From Pseudomonadales bacterium (GTDB lineage Bacteria > Pseudomonadota > Gammaproteobacteria > Pseudomonadales > Azotimanducaceae): 64,000 bases of DNA. The stretch spans positions 7,450 to 71,449 of the forward strand of contig SKUB01000153.1 of the NCBI GenBank assembly GCA_007122315.1, read 5' to 3'. The translations under genes were made by a program, and so were the position numbers. Positions 60,017 through 64,000 of this stretch are shown here, piece after piece (the stretch's first letter is position 1; each line of letters opens with the position of its first letter). The notes below the pieces were generated by a model. The model was not told the DNA's origin and searched no databases. It saw only the letters and a list, made by a program, of their open reading frames with translations.

Positions 60017-61321
60017 ATGAAGAAGATTCAGTCGGTACGGGGCATGCCCGACGTTCTGCCCGGTAGTTCGGCACGTTGGCAGTGGCTCGAAACCCGGGCC
60101 AAGGCCATCCTCGCGGGCTGGGGATATCGCGAGATCCGTCTCCCGGTGCTCGAGCATACCGGTCTGTTCGCGCGCTCGGTTGGCGAGAGCACGGACATCG
60201 TTGCCAAGGAGATGTACACGTTTACTGACCGCAGCGGCGACTCCGTTACCCTGCGTCCTGAAGGTACGGCGGGTTGCGTGCGTGCCTGTGAAGAGCACGG
60301 TCTGCTGTACAACCAGACCCAGCGGCTGTGGTACGCGGGACCGATGTTCCGCTACGAGCGGCCGCAGAAGGGACGTTACCGCCAGTTCGAGCAGATCGGC
60401 GTCGAGTGCTTCGGCTTCGAAGGGCCGGATATCGACGCTGAGCTGATCATCATGACGGCGGAACTGTGGCGGACCTTGGGGGTTGCAGATGCGGTGACGC
60501 TGGAGCTGAACACCCTCGGTTCGCCGGAGGCGCGCGCTGCATATCGGGAAGCCCTGGTGGAGTGGTTGACGCCGCGGCGCGAGGAGCTCGATGCAGACAG
60601 CCAGCGCCGCCTGCTGCAGAACCCGTTGCGCATCTTCGACTCCAAGGTTGCCAAGACCCAGGAAATCGTCGCCGACGCGCCGTCCTTCATGGACTATCTG
60701 GACGCCGGGTCCGCGGCCCACTTCGACGGGCTCAAGGGACTGCTCGATGCAGCGGGCGTGCGCTATGTAGTCAATCCGCGCATCGTGCGCGGGCTCGACT
60801 ACTACACGCGCACCGTGTTCGAGTGGACCACGGACCGCCTGGGTGCCCAGGGGACAGTATGCGCCGGCGGCCGTTACGATGGCCTGGTGGCTCAACTCGG
60901 CGGGCGCACTACGCCTGCAGTCGGTTTCGCCATGGGCATCGAGCGGGTTCTGCTGCTGGCAGACGAGGTGGGTGCGCTGCCTGATCATATCGACCGGGAG
61001 GTGGACGTCTACCTCCTGAGCCTGGACGATGCGGACCTGGCTGCGGCCCTGTCCCTGTCCCGAAGCCTGCGGGCCGAGGTGCCGGGTCTGCGGTTGCAGA
61101 TGCATTGTGGCGGCGGCAAGCCCAAGACTCGGCTGAAACGGGCAGATGCCAGCGGCGCTGAGGTCGCGCTCATTCTGGGCGAGTCGGAGGTTGCAGCGGG
61201 CACCATTGCGGTCAAGGCCCTGCGCGCGGGCGGCGACCAGCGCACGTTGACCCGGGAGGCGCTGCTCGAGGAACTGCGAGCACTGGTGGCGGTTCGAACG
61301 GAAGGGAGAGATGGCAAGTGA
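60017..61321 (+). CDS. hisS: histidine--tRNA ligase
   Basis: [43 protein letters not shown], and GGGRYDGL. Confidence 0.95.
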   Translation: MKKIQSVRGMPDVLPGSSARWQWLETRAKAILAGWGYREIRLPVLEHTGLFARSVGESTDIVAKEMYTFTDRSGDSVTLRPEGTAGCVRACEEHGLLYNQTQRLWYAGPMFRYERPQKGRYRQFEQIGVECFGFEGPDIDAELIIMTAELWRTLGVADAVTLELNTLGSPEARAAYREALVEWLTPRREELDADSQRRLLQNPLRIFDSKVAKTQEIVADAPSFMDYLDAGSAAHFDGLKGLLDAAGVRYVVNPRIVRGLDYYTRTVFEWTTDRLGAQGTVCAGGRYDGLVAQLGGRTTPAVGFAMGIERVLLLADEVGALPDHIDREVDVYLLSLDDADLAAALSLSRSLRAEVPGLRLQMHCGGGKPKTRLKRADASGAEVALILGESEVAAGTIAVKALRAGGDQRTLTREALLEELRALVAVRTEGRDGK

Positions 61322-61947
61322 GTGAGTATCGCAGTGACGAGGAAACCGTCGAAATCATCGCGCGCTGGTGGCGGGAAAACGGCATGTTCCTCCTGGGAAC
61401 CGTTGTCCTGGTGATCGCGGGGGTGCTCGGCTGGAACTGGTGGCAGGCGCAGAGTCTTGCTCAGTCAGAAGGCGCAGCCGAACTCTATAGTGCCTGGGAG
61501 CAGGCTTCCGGCGACGAACGTCAGGCCCTCGCGGACCGGCTGCGGGAGGACTATCCACGTTCGGCGTATCGCGGGCTGATTGCGTTCGATGCTGCGCGGC
61601 GAGCCATGGACGCCGGTGATCACGAAACGGCCCGACTGGCTCTGGAACAAGTCCTCGAACTCAGACTTCCCCGACAGATGGAGGATCTGGCGCGCATCCG
61701 GTTGGCGCGGGTTTTGCTGGATGACGACGATCCCGAGGCTGCGCTTGCGCACCTCGACGCCATCGTCAGCCGGGGCGAGCTGAGCCTGGCCGATGAGCTG
61801 CGCGGCGATGCCCTGTTGGCGCTGGGGCGTGAAGCCGATGCATTGACGGCCTATGATCGTGCCCTCGCCACGGCTGACAGCCCTCGTCCGCTGCTCGACA
61901 TCAAGCGTCGTGACCTCAGCGGTCGGATCGCAGGGGGGCAGCAATGA
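61318..61947 (+). CDS. yfgM: YfgM family membrane-anchored TPR-like protein
   Basis: GTG start with GGGAGAG upstream. [15 protein letters not shown], then a TM. The position between hisS and bamB is conserved. Confidence 0.75.
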   Translation: MSEYRSDEETVEIIARWWRENGMFLLGTVVLVIAGVLGWNWWQAQSLAQSEGAAELYSAWEQASGDERQALADRLREDYPRSAYRGLIAFDAARRAMDAGDHETARLALEQVLELRLPRQMEDLARIRLARVLLDDDDPEAALAHLDAIVSRGELSLADELRGDALLALGREADALTAYDRALATADSPRPLLDIKRRDLSGRIAGGQQ

Positions 61948-63191
61948 AGTATCAGCCGCGCCTCCTGACTCGTCTGGCGACGCTGCTCGTCCTCACTGCG
62001 CTCCTGTCCGGTTGTGCCTGGATGCAGCGGATCAACCCGTTCTCCAGCAAGGATGACGAGCTGGCGCCTGCTCCATTGATGGATTTCGAATCCGAGGCCC
62101 GTATCGTCACCGAGTGGCGCAGTTCCGTTGGTGCGGGCCTCGGGCGGCGATACAACCGCCTGCAGCCAGCTCTGCGCGGTGGTCGAATCTATGCAGCGGA
62201 TGCCTACGGGCTGGTCGAGGCACGCGAAACGGAAACCGGCGAGCGACTCTGGCAGACGCGTGTCGGCATACCCGAGGGTGCGCTGCTCGGTCCCTTCGCC
62301 ATCTGGGAGCGGGACGACGACCGCGGCAGCTTCGTCACCGGCGGCGTCCATGCGGACGACTTTGCGGTCTTCATTGGCACCGCACGAGGCGATTTCATCG
62401 CGCTGCGAGCAGACGATGGCGGTGAGCTCTGGCGCGTGACGCTGTCCAGCGAAGTGCTGTCTCCTGCCGCATCCGACCGCGAGCGCATTTTCGTCGTCAC
62501 CGGCGATGGCCGCCTGCGAGCACTGTCCCGGTCGGATGGACGGCGCGTGTGGAGCTATGACACCCAGGTTCCGGTGCTCTCGATGCGTGGCACCTCCGCA
62601 CCCGTATTCAGCGATCCGCTGTTGTTTCAGGGATTTTCCAACGGCCGCCTGACGGCGCTGCGGGCGGATAACGGCCAGGTGGTCTGGGAAACGGCAGTCG
62701 GCGTGCCCTCGGGGCGTTCGGAGCTCGAGCGCATGGCCGATCTCGACGGAACCCCGTTGATCACGCCCTCCGGGGCCTTCGCTGCCAGCTATCAGGGCGC
62801 GGTGAAGTCGATGCGCCTGCAGGATGGATTCGTGCAATGGGAGCGCCCGTTGTCGAGCTTCAATCCGCTGGCGGAGGGCTATGGGCAAGTCTACGTGGTG
62901 GACGACCGCGGCCGGATCCACGCCTTAGACCAGTCGTCAGGCGCGGTGGTCTGGCAGCAGGATGGGCTGCTTCGCCGCGGTGTCTCGGGTGCGGCCGCAG
63001 TGGGCCCGTTCGTGGCCGTCGGTGACGCCCAAGGCTACCTGCACGTGTTCGCACAGTCCGATGGGCGGCCCATTGCGCGTACGCGCATCGATCGTCGCGG
63101 CATTCGGGTGTCGCCGCAGAGCGACGGCAACAAACTATATGTGCTCGGCAACAGTGGGCGTCTCGAAGCGCTGCGCGTGGAGCGCAACTGA
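61944..63191 (+). CDS. bamB: outer membrane protein assembly factor BamB
   Basis: Lipobox LLSGC, PQQ-like beta-propeller repeats (GRIYAAD..G.V.A....G...W), and an ATGA overlap with yfgM. Confidence 0.88.
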   Translation: MKYQPRLLTRLATLLVLTALLSGCAWMQRINPFSSKDDELAPAPLMDFESEARIVTEWRSSVGAGLGRRYNRLQPALRGGRIYAADAYGLVEARETETGERLWQTRVGIPEGALLGPFAIWERDDDRGSFVTGGVHADDFAVFIGTARGDFIALRADDGGELWRVTLSSEVLSPAASDRERIFVVTGDGRLRALSRSDGRRVWSYDTQVPVLSMRGTSAPVFSDPLLFQGFSNGRLTALRADNGQVVWETAVGVPSGRSELERMADLDGTPLITPSGAFAASYQGAVKSMRLQDGFVQWERPLSSFNPLAEGYGQVYVVDDRGRIHALDQSSGAVVWQQDGLLRRGVSGAAAVGPFVAVGDAQGYLHVFAQSDGRPIARTRIDRRGIRVSPQSDGNKLYVLGNSGRLEALRVERN

Positions 63192-63208
63192 CGGTCGCGG
63201 ACCGTCAG
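63188..63208. other. perfect 9-bp stem / 3-nt loop hairpin CTGACGGTC-gcg-GACCGTCAG over the bamB stop codon
   Basis: Seen directly. It includes the bamB TGA (63189-91) and lies 20 nt upstream of the der GTG. There is no U-tract. Confidence 0.3.
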
Positions 63209-63227
63209 CAACCAGTCAGGGGAAATC

Positions 63228-64000
63228 GTGGTATCGCCGGTGCTCGCGCTGGTGGGCAGACCGAATGTCGGCAAGTCCACCCTGTTCAACCGCCTCACCC
63301 GGTCCCGGGACGCTCTGGTTGCGGATCTGCCGGGGCTCACCCGTGATCGTCAGTATGGTCTGGCGCGGCTGGAGGGGCGGAGCTGCGTCGTGATCGATAC
63401 CGGCGGACTGACCGGTGAGCACGCGGGTATCGATGAAGCCATGGCGAAGCAGACGCTGACCGCCGTGGATGAAGCGGATGTGATTCTGTTCATGGTGGAT
63501 GCGCGCTCTGGCATCACGCCGGGCGACGAGCTCATCATCGAGCGCCTGCGACGACTCGGTCGCGAACCCGTCCTGGTAATCAACAAGACTGATGGCATCG
63601 GCGAGGATACGGCGCTCGCGGAGTTCTCCGCGCTCGGCTTCGCCGCGGTGGCGGCCATTTCGGCGAGCCACGGCCGCGGCATCCGCGATCTGGTGGAGAC
63701 GGTGCTCGCGCGTGTGCCTCCGCCGGATGAGCACGATGTCGATTTCGCTGCCGACGGCGAGGGCGATGAGGATCCGGACACGCTTGCAGCCCGCGGCGTG
63801 GTCATCACGGTGGTCGGGCGCCCGAACGTCGGCAAGTCCACGTTGGTCAATCGCCTGCTCGGTGAGGATCGGGTCGTCGTTTTCGATGAAGCCGGCACCA
63901 CACGCGACTCCATCTTCATTCCCTTCGAGCGCGACGAGCGACGCTACACGCTGGTGGATACCGCGGGCGTGCGGAGGCGTGGGAAAGTTTCCGAAACCGT
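63228..64000 (+). CDS. der: ribosome-associated GTPase Der (EngA), 3' end outside window
   Basis: It is not in the ORF track because no stop is reached. GTG 63228 follows AGGGGA. The first G domain is [16 protein letters not shown]...DTGG...NKTD. The second G domain is [18 protein letters not shown]...DTAG. Confidence 0.9.
   Translation, partial: MVSPVLALVGRPNVGKSTLFNRLTRSRDALVADLPGLTRDRQYGLARLEGRSCVVIDTGGLTGEHAGIDEAMAKQTLTAVDEADVILFMVDARSGITPGDELIIERLRRLGREPVLVINKTDGIGEDTALAEFSALGFAAVAAISASHGRGIRDLVETVLARVPPPDEHDVDFAADGEGDEDPDTLAARGVVITVVGRPNVGKSTLVNRLLGEDRVVVFDEAGTTRDSIFIPFERDERRYTLVDTAGVRRRGKVSET

Overview
This is a high-GC (about two-thirds G+C by eye) bacterial chromosomal segment with gammaproteobacterial gene order. 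I call 54 protein-coding genes (two cut by the window edges), one tRNA-Leu(CAA), and several candidate promoters, operators and hairpins. I saw no rRNA, CRISPR array, transposase, integrase or phage genes. About half of the window is conserved housekeeping synteny: valS-(hyp)-holC-pepA / lptF-lptG at 23-31 kb, queA-tgt-yajC-secD-secF at 47-53 kb, suhB / trmJ-iscR-iscS at 53-56 kb, and ndk-rlmN-pilW-rodZ-hisS-yfgM-bamB-der at 56-64 kb. The rest looks accessory. The most interesting items are: (1) one 1653-codon ORF fusing AccA-like, AccD-like, biotin carboxylase and BCCP modules in an unusual order, with a paired palindromic operator upstream; (2) a LysR-flanked, co-directional periplasmic redox cluster, consisting of a TauE-like permease, a PQQ-type propeller fused to a di-heme domain, a thioredoxin-fold/heme/PHM-like copper protein, and a PPOX-like flavoprotein; (3) a translationally coupled histidine kinase / double-receiver / TonB-C-domain trio; (4) a C39-like lipoprotein peptidase abutting a small secreted protein that carries a Gly-Gly motif before a C-terminal helix; (5) a zeta-toxin/ParD-like pair next to the tRNA; (6) a 5'-nucleotidase-like lipoprotein whose metal-ligand motifs all look degenerate. 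I cannot point to a clear-cut new defence or mobile system. The flagged items are hypotheses that need HMM, structure and co-occurrence checks. Many long ORFs in the six-frame track are antisense shadow ORFs typical of high-GC DNA, and I rejected them.
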